DNA of 64,000 nucleotides from a plasmid. Positions 37,682-47,768 of the stretch are shown one piece after another. The position numbers and the translations under genes are program-made. Under the pieces are notes generated by a model. That model had not been told where the DNA came from. It did no database searches and was given only the letters and a program-made list of their open reading frames with translations. Numbering within the stretch: position 1 is the first letter of the stretch; every line of letters starts with the position of its first letter. The DNA lies in the sequence record NZ_CP072215.1; one strand, given 5' to 3'.

Positions 37682-38914
37682 ATGACGAAAAGATGTTTTT
37701 TTTATATTAAATGTGTATTGTTCGTGCTCGTGTTGAGTATAAGCGGAGAAATATCCGCTCAGGAGAAGCGTGATTCGGTAAGGATCTATTTTCATCAAGG
37801 AAAGGTAAATATAGATACATGTTTACTTGACAATGGGAACGAGATGGAGCGGTTTGCTAAAATCTGTTCCGCATTGAACGACTCCGTCCGTCTTATCAGG
37901 AAAATTCAAATAATAGGAGGAGCTTCCCCGGAAGGAGGGGGGCTGTTGAATGGAAGGCTGTCTGAAAAACGAGCAGAGGTTTTGTGGCGGTATATATCAC
38001 CTTATATAAAGATTCCGGTATTGGAGAAGGATTTTCATTTTTCGGGAAGCGACTGGAACGGACTTATAACGATGGTGAGAGCGGATGTGAATGTTCCGGA
38101 GAGGGAGGATGTCCTTCGTTTGTTGGAGAAGATCGTCCGTTTGGAAAACCAGGACAGCCCTTATTTGGGGGGAGAACTGAAAAGACTGAAAGGGGGGAGG
38201 CCATACTCATATTTGTATAAATTCCATTTTCCGAAACTTCGTTCGTCGATGGTGAAAATATGCTATGATAGTGATCCGATAAATCCCGTCAGAGATACGG
38301 TATATATACATACACGTGATACGTTGTGCATCCGTGATACCGTTACCGTCATAGCTCCGGTAAAGAAACGGCCGTTTTGCATGGCGGTGAAAACAAACTT
38401 GCTTTATGACGCTGTTTTGATACCTGACATCGGGGTTGAGTTCTGTTTGGGGAAGAACTGGTCTGTGGCCGGGAATTGGATGTATGCCTGGTGGAAAAGT
38501 GATCGGAAGCATAATTATTGGCGTATCTATGGGGGAGATGTGGAGTTGCGCCGCTGGTTCGGTCGGAGAGCGGTGGAAAAACCGTTTTCCGGGCATCATG
38601 TCGGATTGTACGGGCAGATCGTCACCTATGATTTCGAATTGGGTGGGAAAGGTTACTTGGGGGATAAATGGAGTTACGGGGGAGGCGTGGCTTACGGCTA
38701 CTCGTTACCTGTGGGACATCGGTTCAATGTGGATTTCACGTTGGGAATCGGCTACCTTGGAGGATCGTACAAGGAGTACATCCCTTTGGACGGTCACTAT
38801 GTATGGCAGACCACTAAAAACCGCCGCTGGTTCGGCCCGACCAAGGCGGGTATCTCTTTGGTGTGGTTGATCGGGCGGGGGAATTATAGCCGGAAGAAAG
38901 GAGGCAGGCAGTGA
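37682..38914 (+). CDS. Secreted protein with a DUF3575-like C-terminal beta-barrel region (DUF3868/DUF3575 type); first gene of a type-V fimbrial operon
   Basis: Signal peptide, then a C-terminal NLLYDAVLIPDIGVEF...GYLGGSY region typical of DUF3575 proteins that precede Mfa/Fim genes in Bacteroidales. Confidence 0.55.
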   Translation: MTKRCFFYIKCVLFVLVLSISGEISAQEKRDSVRIYFHQGKVNIDTCLLDNGNEMERFAKICSALNDSVRLIRKIQIIGGASPEGGGLLNGRLSEKRAEVLWRYISPYIKIPVLEKDFHFSGSDWNGLITMVRADVNVPEREDVLRLLEKIVRLENQDSPYLGGELKRLKGGRPYSYLYKFHFPKLRSSMVKICYDSDPINPVRDTVYIHTRDTLCIRDTVTVIAPVKKRPFCMAVKTNLLYDAVLIPDIGVEFCLGKNWSVAGNWMYAWWKSDRKHNYWRIYGGDVELRRWFGRRAVEKPFSGHHVGLYGQIVTYDFELGGKGYLGDKWSYGGGVAYGYSLPVGHRFNVDFTLGIGYLGGSYKEYIPLDGHYVWQTTKNRRWFGPTKAGISLVWLIGRGNYSRKKGGRQ

Positions 38915-39831
38915 TACGGATACGCTTTAGTCTGGTGTTCATATTTTTATGGATAGGACTGACGGCTTGTGAGCATAAGGATTTATGTTACGATCATCCG
39001 CACTTTGCCACGGTGCGGGTAATATTCGACTGGACCAAGATTTCCAATCATGACAAGCCTGAAGGCATGAGGGTCGTATTTTATCCGACCGACGATGAAA
39101 GCAACACGTGGATATTTGATTTCCCCGGAGGAGAGGATGGGGAAGTGGAGCTTCCCGAGAATGATTACCGGGTAATTTGCTTCAACTACGATACCGACGG
39201 GATGGTTTGGAAAGAAAACGGCAGTTACACGCTTTTTACTGCCGATACGCGTGATGTGCAGTCGCCGGATAACCGGACAATGGCTGTCACCCCACCTTGG
39301 CTGTGTGGCGACCATATAGACGAAGTTATCCTCAAGGACATTCCGGGAGGAAGCGCGGAGATAGTACGGCTGACTCCCGTAAACATGGTATGTCACTACA
39401 CGTATGAGGTGAACGGTCTTCGGGGACTGGATAGGGTGGCGGATTTGCGGGCCGCTCTTTCCGGCATGTCCGGCTCGCTTAACATGTCCGCCGACAGTTT
39501 GCCCGCCGGTCTTTCGGAGAGCCTGCTCTTTGATGGAATGGTTTCACGGAATCAGATTATAGGCGGATTCTATACGTTTGGACATTCCGCACTTGAAGGA
39601 GAGCCCAATGTTTTCCGGTTGTATCTCAAGAACCGTTCAGGCAGCATGTCTGTATTGGAACAGGACGTGAGCGGCCAAGTGCATGATGTCCCGGTAGTGG
39701 GGCATGTCGGTGATGTGCATCTGGTGTTGAATTTTGATTATGAGGTTCCATCCGAGCCGGGAAGTGACGGTGCGGGATTTGATGTGGACGTTGATGATTG
39801 GGATGATGTGAATATGGATATAGTGTTGTAA
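38911..39831 (+). CDS. FimB/Mfa2-family fimbrial lipoprotein (anchor/terminator subunit-like)
   Basis: Lipoprotein signal LWIGLTAC. 4-bp overlap with the upstream gene. Position within the fimbrial operon. Confidence 0.55.
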   Translation: MIRIRFSLVFIFLWIGLTACEHKDLCYDHPHFATVRVIFDWTKISNHDKPEGMRVVFYPTDDESNTWIFDFPGGEDGEVELPENDYRVICFNYDTDGMVWKENGSYTLFTADTRDVQSPDNRTMAVTPPWLCGDHIDEVILKDIPGGSAEIVRLTPVNMVCHYTYEVNGLRGLDRVADLRAALSGMSGSLNMSADSLPAGLSESLLFDGMVSRNQIIGGFYTFGHSALEGEPNVFRLYLKNRSGSMSVLEQDVSGQVHDVPVVGHVGDVHLVLNFDYEVPSEPGSDGAGFDVDVDDWDDVNMDIVL

Positions 39832-39849
39832 TATGAGTTTATTAATTAT

Positions 39850-41013
39850 ATGTATCAATTTGATTTATTTTTATTTATGAAAAAAAGTACAGTAATGCTT
39901 TGGGCAATCTTTGGAGCTCTACTCATGGGTTGCTCAGACGAGGAGATTGCGAATGTGGAAACCTCCTCACGGAATGCGATTGGTTTTAACGTGTTAAGTA
40001 ATGCGGCGGAAACGAGGGCTACCCCTACTACCAACACCAACTTGAAGAACACCGATTTCGACGTGTTCGCTTTTACGGCGGATGGTACTGCCTTCATGGG
40101 AAAGGTAGACACGGATTTTGGACATGACGGAGTGAATATCGTGTACAATAATGGTAAGTGGGATTATAAAAATGCGAGCGACCTTCGTTATTGGCCTACC
40201 GAGGCTTTGGACTTTTACGCATTCAATCCCGGAACGGTTGATGAAGCCATGCAGTGGAGTTATATGTGGGAAGCCACCAAGGATACTCAAAAGATAACTT
40301 ATTCCTGCTCCGATGAGTATGGATCTGGTATCAATGCTCATGAAAACTACGACGTGATGTATGCCATAGCCAAAGGCCAGACAAAAGACAAGAACAACGG
40401 AGTAGTGAAATTTAACTTCAAGCATATTCTGTCACAGGTCGTATTCAAAGCAAAGACCGAATACGATAACATGCAGGTGAATATAAAGGACATCAAGATT
40501 TTTAATGTAAAAATGGGCGGCGTCTACACATTGCCTGCGACAGCCGATGGAACGGGAAGTTGGGCTGTGGGTGATTGGCCTGAAAGCTCTACAGGAGGAG
40601 GTTTTATTACCGTAGTGCAAGGCAAATTCATCGAGGTCAATAGTAATACCACAGCTACCGATATTTCCGAAAAAACTCCTATGCTGAATATACCACAGAA
40701 GCTGACAGCATGGAAAGTTTCCGAAGAAGCCACCAATACCAAGATAAAAGCCGACGGTGCGCATCAATGTTACCTGTCGATCACCTGCAAAATCCAGCAG
40801 TCCGGAGGTTATCTGTTGGGTTCAGCAGATAGTTACGGAACAATTTATGTTCCGTTCGGAGATACATGGGTAGCGGGCAAGCGTCATATCTACACGTTGA
40901 TTTTCGGTGGTGGTTATACTGATCAGGGAGAGGCTGTGTTGAATCCGATCCAGTTTGATGCAGAGACAACAGGCTGGGTTGATGCAAATAGCAACGTAAA
41001 CGTTAAACCTTAA
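39850..41013 (+). CDS. Fimbrillin-family (Mfa1/FimA-like, type V pilin) lipoprotein
   Basis: Lipobox LLMGCSDEE followed by a Thr/Asn-rich beta-rich sequence typical of Bacteroidales fimbrillins. 387 aa. Confidence 0.6.
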   Translation: MYQFDLFLFMKKSTVMLWAIFGALLMGCSDEEIANVETSSRNAIGFNVLSNAAETRATPTTNTNLKNTDFDVFAFTADGTAFMGKVDTDFGHDGVNIVYNNGKWDYKNASDLRYWPTEALDFYAFNPGTVDEAMQWSYMWEATKDTQKITYSCSDEYGSGINAHENYDVMYAIAKGQTKDKNNGVVKFNFKHILSQVVFKAKTEYDNMQVNIKDIKIFNVKMGGVYTLPATADGTGSWAVGDWPESSTGGGFITVVQGKFIEVNSNTTATDISEKTPMLNIPQKLTAWKVSEEATNTKIKADGAHQCYLSITCKIQQSGGYLLGSADSYGTIYVPFGDTWVAGKRHIYTLIFGGGYTDQGEAVLNPIQFDAETTGWVDANSNVNVKP

Positions 41014-41201
41014 ACAAAAAGTTTATCAATATCGTACCCGTTGGCAGGTTAAACATACGCAAGATTAATCCCGCCAACGGGTTCTTTATAGGGAATCGCA
41101 TTTTCAATATACTTTTTGATGTGTAGGGGTGCTTTTTGCGTACCTTTTTCCTGGAGAATTTCTTTTGTGGAGTGTTTGCCCTGTATATTCCCGATACGCT
41201 G

Positions 41202-41459
41202 TTATAGCAGGGAACTGTTTTTATCCAAGTAGTCAGATATAGCCTCTTGCAATACCGATTTTAGCGAATCGCCTTTGCGGATCGCGATCAGCTTTAAGTT
41301 CTGGTGATAGGTTTCGTCCATGACAAAATTACAATGCACGGTTTTCGCTTTCTTCGGCTTTTGAGCCTCTTTTTGCCCGGCCGTGGATTGGATCAGGCTG
41401 TCTAATCCCCCGGTCAGCCCGGCCGACATACTGTTTTTTAAATCGTTCTTCTTTGCCAT
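41202..41459 (-). CDS. Small protein downstream of parA, possibly a ParG/RHH-like partition partner
   Basis: 85 aa. 4-bp gap to parA. Basic N-terminus. Confidence 0.4.
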   Translation of the reverse strand: MAKKNDLKNSMSAGLTGGLDSLIQSTAGQKEAQKPKKAKTVHCNFVMDETYHQNLKLIAIRKGDSLKSVLQEAISDYLDKNSSLL

Positions 41460-41463
41460 ATGG

Positions 41464-42222
41464 TTACTTTATTTCTGTTAGCAGTTCGTTACATACCTTT
41501 TCGTAGTCCTCTGCCCCGGCAGATTTGGGGGCATAGTGAAAAATATCCTGCCCTTGTGTCGGGGCTTCGGCCAGCGTAATGGCGTTGCGTATATGGGTGC
41601 TGAACACTTTGCCCTGGAATGTTTCCTGTACCAGTTCCGAAACGCTCTTGTTCAGGTTCTTTCTTCCGTCGTACTGGGTTATCAGAACCCCGGCTATCGA
41701 AAGATCCGAGTTCAAACGTTGCTGCACCTTGTGGACGACCTGCATAAGTTTGGCCATTCCACGCATTGCCAGGAATTGAGCCTGAACCGGGATAATCAAC
41801 CGATCCGAGGCCGTCAGTGCGTTAAGCGTGAGCAGCGACAGCGAGGGGGGACAGTCGATCAGGATATAATCGAATTTCTCCTTTTGGCCCTTGATAAGGT
41901 GGGCTAAGATAAGCTCCCGTCCGGCCTCGTTGATTAACTCCGTTTCAACGGCCGAGAGATCCAGGCAGGAGGGAACGACGCTAAGGCCGTCCTTATGCTC
42001 GTAGATCGGCAGGTCGTATTCGCCTTTCATCGCACCGTAGATCGTTTGGGGAAGCTCCGCAGAGAAGCCCAGCGATTCGGTCAGGTTGGCCTGCCCGTCA
42101 AGGTCGATCAAAAGAACCTTGTACCCTTTTTGACGTAACGCACCGCCCAGGTTGATCGTGGTTGTGGTCTTTCCTACTCCCCCCTTGTGATTCAATACGG
42201 AGATTACTTTTGCTTTGCTCAT
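41464..42222 (-). CDS. parA: ParA-family partition ATPase
   Basis: Deviant Walker A VLNHKGGVGKTTTTINLG. 252 aa. Confidence 0.9.
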   Translation of the reverse strand: MSKAKVISVLNHKGGVGKTTTTINLGGALRQKGYKVLLIDLDGQANLTESLGFSAELPQTIYGAMKGEYDLPIYEHKDGLSVVPSCLDLSAVETELINEAGRELILAHLIKGQKEKFDYILIDCPPSLSLLTLNALTASDRLIIPVQAQFLAMRGMAKLMQVVHKVQQRLNSDLSIAGVLITQYDGRKNLNKSVSELVQETFQGKVFSTHIRNAITLAEAPTQGQDIFHYAPKSAGAEDYEKVCNELLTEIK

Positions 42223-42508
42223 AAATTCAGTTTTTTAAATGGTTGTCATGTCCGCAACATATAGTCAAAATACTAATATACTAAAAGACTAAAAGTAGTA
42301 TTTTCGTTTTTTGCGTGTTTTTTGTACCGATCGGGGAAGCGTACCGAAATAAATCCTGTTTCCGTCTTTCGGTACGTTTTGTTTCTGTACCGGAATTAAT
42401 CAAAGATTAGAATAACCATAAATGTTTTTATACGTTAATCATACGTATGTATATATGTATATATTTGTTTTGAGTATCTTTGTGTGCTATGAATAAAAAA
42501 TAAAAGAC

Positions 42509-42838
42509 ATGAGCACTTATTCGTATAAAAATCCGAAGTTTATAAATTCCCCTAAAGGGGTGGTTGAAGTTGTAGAAGTGATTTATGACGGCAAAGATGA
42601 TCCGGCCTATTCACTGGCTATTATTAAATGGGAAAATACCTATAAATTAGGTATTCGTTGGAACATCGCTTATAGTGAATGGGACGATTACCGCAAACAG
42701 AACGGGCAAGATGAATGTATAGGTAATCCACAGTCGAGAGGTATTCCCACCTGGTTTGTTTTGCCCGATGATATGATGTTTAGTGAGAAGTTCAGCGGTG
42801 CGATGCAGAGGCTTGATGAATTAAGAAAAGGTAAATAA
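42509..42838 (+). CDS. Hypothetical protein (109 aa) immediately upstream of RhuM
   Basis: ORF with a 3-bp gap to the next gene. Confidence 0.4.
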   Translation: MSTYSYKNPKFINSPKGVVEVVEVIYDGKDDPAYSLAIIKWENTYKLGIRWNIAYSEWDDYRKQNGQDECIGNPQSRGIPTWFVLPDDMMFSEKFSGAMQRLDELRKGK

Positions 42839-42841
42839 GTA

Positions 42842-43678
42842 ATGGAACAGGGAGAAATCATATTATACCAGCCGGATGAAGCGGTCAGGTTGGAAGTGAG
42901 GCTGGAAGATGAAACCGTTTGGCTGACACAGGCGCAAATTGTGGATCTTTTTCAATCCAGCAAAGCAAATATAAGCGAGCATATAAAAAACATATATGAT
43001 CAGAAAGAATTAGAGGAAAGTTCAACTGTTCGGGATTTCCGAACAGTTCGACAGGAAGGCAAACGGCAAGTGATGCGCAATCTGACTTATTACAATTTGG
43101 ATGCGATCATATCCATTGGGTTTCGTGTCAATAGTAAAAGAGGTATTTTATTTAGGCAATGGGCGAATAAGGTTTTAAAGGACTATCTTTTAAAAGGGTA
43201 TTCCATTAATAAACGTTTGTCAGAACTTGAAAGGACTGTCGCTCAACATACCGAGAAGATAGATTTTTTTGTGCGTACTGCCTTGCCCCCGGTCGAAGGC
43301 ATTTTTTATAACGGCCAGATTTTCGATGCGTACAAGTTCGCTACCGATCTGGTAAAGTCGGCCAGGCGTTCGATCGTGCTTATCGACAACTATGTGGACG
43401 AAACGGTCTTGCTCATGTTGAGTAAACGCAGCGTCGGTGTCTCGGCCACCATTTACACCCAGCGTATCACGCAGCAACTCCAACTTGATCTTGACAGGCA
43501 TAACAGCCAGTACCCACCTATCGACATCAGGACGTACCGGGACAGTCACGACCGTTTCCTGATCGTTGATGAAACGGACGTGTACCATATCGGAGCCTCG
43601 TTAAAGGATCTGGGGAAAAAGATGTTCGCTTTCTCAAAGCTGGATATTCCGGCGGCTGTGATTACTGACCTGTTATAA
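42842..43678 (+). CDS. RhuM-family virulence-associated protein (copy 1, intact)
   Basis: N-terminal MEQGEIILYQPDEAVRLEVRLEDETVWLTQAQI is characteristic of RhuM. Followed by a stem-loop terminator at 43727-43748. Confidence 0.75.
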   Translation: MEQGEIILYQPDEAVRLEVRLEDETVWLTQAQIVDLFQSSKANISEHIKNIYDQKELEESSTVRDFRTVRQEGKRQVMRNLTYYNLDAIISIGFRVNSKRGILFRQWANKVLKDYLLKGYSINKRLSELERTVAQHTEKIDFFVRTALPPVEGIFYNGQIFDAYKFATDLVKSARRSIVLIDNYVDETVLLMLSKRSVGVSATIYTQRITQQLQLDLDRHNSQYPPIDIRTYRDSHDRFLIVDETDVYHIGASLKDLGKKMFAFSKLDIPAAVITDLL

Positions 43679-43919
43679 TATCCTTTGTCTTATGAATGGG
43701 CTGTCGCAAAAGAAAAACCCGTTCTTGATGAACGGGTATATCCTTGACTTGGTTACGTGTTTTGATAACAGAGGCTTTACCAAGCATTACAATGCAAAGA
43801 TAGTAATTATAGGTTAATTAGCGAATTTCTTTTTTGGATAGATCCGGAAATAATGCCTCCTTGAAAGAGGTGGATAAGGTGATTAAAACAATAGATAAGG
43901 AAGAACAAAAGCAAAAGGG

Positions 43920-44558
43920 ATGAATGTGGTTATTTATTCACGTGTAAGCTCGCAGTCGGCCAGGCAATCGACCGAACGGCAGGTTGTCGATCTGGAGAGG
44001 TTCGCAGCCGGACGGGGGTACGAGGTGACGGCGGTCTTTGAGGAAAAGATAAGCGGACGAAAGGCCAATATCGAACGCCCGGTTTTAAGCCGTTGCCTGG
44101 AATACTGCACAGATCCGCAGAACCGGGTGGATATGTTGTTGCTGACCGAGATCTCACGCCTGGGGCGTTCAACCCTGGAGATCCTAAAGTCACTCGATAC
44201 GCTGCACACGCATAAAATATGCGTGTATATTCAAAACCTGAACCTGGAAACGTTACGGCCGGACAAGACGGTAAACCCCTTGTCCTCTCTGATCACTACC
44301 CTGTTGGGGGAACTGGCCGCGATCGAACGCCAGGGGATCATCGACCGCCTTAATAGCGGACGGGAGTTGTACATCCAGAAAGGGGGCAGGCTGGGACGGA
44401 AGCCGGGAAGCCGGAAAACGGCCGAACAGAGGAAAGAGGAATACCGGGAGGCGATCGCCTTGTTAAAGAAAGGCTACTCGATCCGGAACGTGGCGAAGCT
44501 CACGGGAAAGGCCGTTTCGACGATACAACAAGTAAAAAAAGACTTCATTAGTAGCTGA
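43920..44558 (+). CDS. Small serine recombinase (resolvase/invertase family) with C-terminal HTH
   Basis: Catalytic VVIYSRVSSQSARQS and C-terminal HTH IRNVAKLTGKAVSTIQQV. 212 aa. Confidence 0.85.
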   Translation: MNVVIYSRVSSQSARQSTERQVVDLERFAAGRGYEVTAVFEEKISGRKANIERPVLSRCLEYCTDPQNRVDMLLLTEISRLGRSTLEILKSLDTLHTHKICVYIQNLNLETLRPDKTVNPLSSLITTLLGELAAIERQGIIDRLNSGRELYIQKGGRLGRKPGSRKTAEQRKEEYREAIALLKKGYSIRNVAKLTGKAVSTIQQVKKDFISS

Positions 44559-44590
44559 TTATCGGAACAAATATTGTATTTTTGCAACAA

Positions 44591-44660
44591 ATACGAGTAA
44601 ATGCACATAATTAAAAACGAGTATTTACACGTGTCTAAAAACGAGTATTTGCACGAAAAT
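44591..44660. repeat. Three tandem ~19-bp direct repeats (aaatacgagtaaatgcaca, aaaacgagtatttacacg, aaaacgagtatttgcacg) immediately downstream of the serine recombinase
   Basis: Seen directly. Candidate recombinase binding or res-like sub-sites. Confidence 0.7.
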
Positions 44661-44796
44661 AATCAGAATCTAAATAAAAACGGTTATGGCAACAATGGCG
44701 GAGAAAATGGCGGCTTCACTGGAGGAATTAAGAAAGCTCCAGGAGAAAGACCGCTGTGTCGTCCTGCAAGGGACGGCCGAGATAGGGAGGACGCAT

Positions 44797-45309
44797 TTAA
44801 CCCGGCTGTTGGATAACGGCTGGTTGCAGGAAGCCTAATCCGAAGCCGTCTTTTGCGGCGGCATTTGAAAGACGTTCAAATGCACCGAATACTCGTTGTT
44901 GCTCATCTTCGGTCATGCCCGTACCGGTATCTTCAACGATAAGTTTCAGCAAACCGTTATCATAATCCGCTGCCAATGATACACTACCGTTATCCGTGAA
45001 CTTGATGGCGTTTGACAACAAGTTGTTGCCGATTTGCAGGATACGTTCCTTGTCGGTCAAAACCACCGCATCGGTGTGGCTCTCCACTATCAAAGTCAGC
45101 CCCTTGTTCATGGCAATGGGCATGAACTCCGTTTCAAGAATATGCGTGATTGCGGAAATCCTGCAAGGGGAAAGGTTGGGTTGCTCCTTGCCGTTGTCCA
45201 GACGGAAGAAATCCAGCAGCGTGTTGAGCATCTCCCGCATACGCTCGGAAGATTGCCGGATATTATCCACATACATGGTGCTTTTATCCGCGCTACAACT
45301 TTTCTGCAT
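44797..45309 (-). pseudogene. 5-prime-truncated sensor histidine kinase fragment (HisKA-HATPase_c portion only)
   Basis: Has HATPase motifs (NLLSNAIKFT, EDTGTGM) but no N-terminal sensor or TM region. The ORF begins right at the end of the adjacent radical SAM gene. Confidence 0.6.
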
Positions 45310-45324
45310 CAGTCCGGCATAGCC

Positions 45325-46200
45325 TCATTTTGTCAATCGTATTTTTTCGTGGTAGAAGTAGTTTACGATGACAGGTTTGCCTTTTTCCGAGCGTCCGTAT
45401 GGCAGATCGTTTATACGATACGGGAAGCCCTGCTCCTTGGCGTAATTTGAAATGTCCTGCTCCAATGCCTGCCAGTATTCAAGCCTTTTTTTATTGTAAA
45501 TTTCCTCGTAAAGCGGTATGAGGTCAGGATACTTCTCACGGATATACGTCATTATCCCGCCTTTGAACTGCCCGCGTAAATTCAGGTTTTCAAGCCAGAT
45601 TAAATCAGCATAATCTTTTACCTCCTCTATTATTGCCTTTACGTCTGTTATTCTGGGGAATATGGGCGAGACGAAGCATACGGTGCGGATACCTGCCTCG
45701 TATGTCTGACGCATCGCTTTCAGACGGCGTTCAATGCTTACGGCGTTGTCCATATCTGCGCAGAACTGCTCGTCGAGCGTATTGACAGACCATGACACAG
45801 TCACTTTGGGAAAACTCTTCAACAGGTCGAGATCGCGAAGGACAAGATCGGACTTTGTGCATATCATAATCTCGGCATCGCTTCCTCGCAGCTCTTCGAG
45901 CAGCCTTCGGGTACGGTGGAATTCTTCTTCATACGGATTGTAACCGTCCGTCACAGACCCTATTACAACACGTTCACCGTCGTATTTATGAGGATTCGTT
46001 ATCGGCTTCCAGTTTTTTACATCTAAAAACGTACCCCACGGCTCGGTGTGCCCGGTGAACCGTTTCATGAACGATGCGTAGCAATACCTGCAGGCGTGGG
46101 GACACCCTACATAAGGGTTGACCGAATATCCTCCCACCGGCAGAGAGGATTTGGTCATTACACTCTTTACATCTATTTCCTTTATTGTATCCATATTCAT
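45325..46200 (-). CDS. Radical SAM protein, SPL-like (COG1533-type) family
   Basis: CxxxCxxC-like cluster VGCPHACRYCYA. 291 aa. 4-bp overlap with the upstream gene. Confidence 0.7.
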   Translation of the reverse strand: MNMDTIKEIDVKSVMTKSSLPVGGYSVNPYVGCPHACRYCYASFMKRFTGHTEPWGTFLDVKNWKPITNPHKYDGERVVIGSVTDGYNPYEEEFHRTRRLLEELRGSDAEIMICTKSDLVLRDLDLLKSFPKVTVSWSVNTLDEQFCADMDNAVSIERRLKAMRQTYEAGIRTVCFVSPIFPRITDVKAIIEEVKDYADLIWLENLNLRGQFKGGIMTYIREKYPDLIPLYEEIYNKKRLEYWQALEQDISNYAKEQGFPYRINDLPYGRSEKGKPVIVNYFYHEKIRLTK

Positions 46201-46865
46201 TGTATTCGTCTGGTAAATTGTTCCGGCAATTCCTGAATCATTCTTTCGTCGCCCATAATCGGCAGCAAATCCTCTTTCATGAACACCGGTATGCCATGAG
46301 CCTTTGCCTGTTCTGCAATGCTAAGCACCCATTCGGGGCGCGAATATGACTTTCCTTTTCGGTTTCCGGTCTCTGTGCCTATGACAATCCAGTCAATTCC
46401 CTCGAAATCAATCTCGCCGATATCATCGAAGAGAGGTTCAAACGTGACATGGTAGTGTCGTGCTTTGATATTCTTTTTCAAATCATCAATCCTCCTTTTC
46501 TCGGAACTGCGCGTAACGGTCACGCCCATCCATACGTTCTCGTCGTCAGAGGAGAAACTGATTTTGTCAGGGCGCTTCGTCAGAAAGATATAGGCGTGCT
46601 GGGGATTGCTGCTGATCCGCTCGAAAATTTCTGCGTTCCATTCAGGCTTCCAATCGGAGAAATCGCTCATTCCTGTCATGAGCCACACATGAGGACGGGA
46701 CGTATCGATGATGCGCAGTTTTCGTTCCATGTATTCAGGCACGGAAAAGTCGTCGGTAATGTGGAAACGGCGGCAGTTGTTACGGGCATAGCAGTAAGGG
46801 CATCCTATAGTGCACCCTACCACTATGTTCATGTTTTTTATCAGGGATTTAATGCAGACACTCAT
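46197..46865 (-). CDS. DUF5131 / phage Gp37-Gp68-like radical-SAM-related protein
   Basis: N-terminal CTIGCPYCYA (CX3CX2C). 222 aa. 4-bp overlaps on both sides. Confidence 0.65.
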   Translation of the reverse strand: MSVCIKSLIKNMNIVVGCTIGCPYCYARNNCRRFHITDDFSVPEYMERKLRIIDTSRPHVWLMTGMSDFSDWKPEWNAEIFERISSNPQHAYIFLTKRPDKISFSSDDENVWMGVTVTRSSEKRRIDDLKKNIKARHYHVTFEPLFDDIGEIDFEGIDWIVIGTETGNRKGKSYSRPEWVLSIAEQAKAHGIPVFMKEDLLPIMGDERMIQELPEQFTRRIQ

Positions 46866-47638
46866 AACACAACTGTTTCTCCGTCCTCCGGGATAATCAG
46901 CCGGCTCATGTCGGCTTCGTGATGCGTTGCCTCATTGCGCAGAATTGCACGGGTGGTCTGGCAATGGTCGATGGCATCCATGTGTACGGCTATCAGCTTG
47001 ATATGCGAAGGCAATTCGTCAAGTATCTGCATCACTTCGTTCTCGTCGGGGATGATAGGACCGTCCGTTTTGGAAAATTCGGGAAAGATTGCACCTCCGG
47101 AGTTTACCACGATATAGTCAGGATTGAACCGTTCCACGGTGTCTCGGATACATGCTTCCCATCGGCAGTCACCCATTATATAAACGGTCGGGAAGCCCTC
47201 GGCTTTTAGCACATAACCTGATACAGGTCCCATCATCTGCCCGATCTGCCCGAAACCATGATGTCCGGTCGTGCGGTAAATGGATATGCCGTCTATTGTT
47301 TTTATTTCTTCGATGGGTATCACATTTGTAAATCCGTCGTTTCTGATGGCGTCCGCGTCCTGGGGCTGAACGTAGAAAGGAATTTCTTTGGGCAAATGTG
47401 TGGGGACACTCGGCTCGTAATGGTCGATGTGATTGTGGGTCAGGAGCACCATGTCCACGCCTCCGATAATATCCTGAATAGGAATGGTGAGGTGTACCCT
47501 CGGTGTTTTATTCACACCGAGGGCCGATATCAAAGTGCCTTTGTCGGCTAAAACGGGGTCAATTAGCATGGTGTGTCCCGCATACCTGATTTTCAAGGTG
47601 GCATTGCGCACCAATTGTACTGTAGATGTCTTTTTCAT
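46862..47638 (-). CDS. MBL-fold metallo-hydrolase
   Basis: HxHxDH motif LLTHNHIDHYEP. 258 aa. First gene of the coupled three-gene operon. Confidence 0.75.
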   Translation of the reverse strand: MKKTSTVQLVRNATLKIRYAGHTMLIDPVLADKGTLISALGVNKTPRVHLTIPIQDIIGGVDMVLLTHNHIDHYEPSVPTHLPKEIPFYVQPQDADAIRNDGFTNVIPIEEIKTIDGISIYRTTGHHGFGQIGQMMGPVSGYVLKAEGFPTVYIMGDCRWEACIRDTVERFNPDYIVVNSGGAIFPEFSKTDGPIIPDENEVMQILDELPSHIKLIAVHMDAIDHCQTTRAILRNEATHHEADMSRLIIPEDGETVVL

Positions 47639-47768
47639 GACTATATGTCTTGTTATTGATTACGGGTGCAAAGTTCGGAAGAATCCGGCGAAACATCTAT
47701 GCCTGAAAAAACGGTAATTATGCCATTTTGATAAATGAAATTATTATCTTTGCAAAAACGACAAGGAT

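Noticed and set aside
44601-44816. 71-aa ORF downstream of the serine recombinase
   Set aside because: It begins inside the tandem 19-bp repeats and encodes a low-complexity N/G-rich peptide. It is more likely non-coding control sequence.
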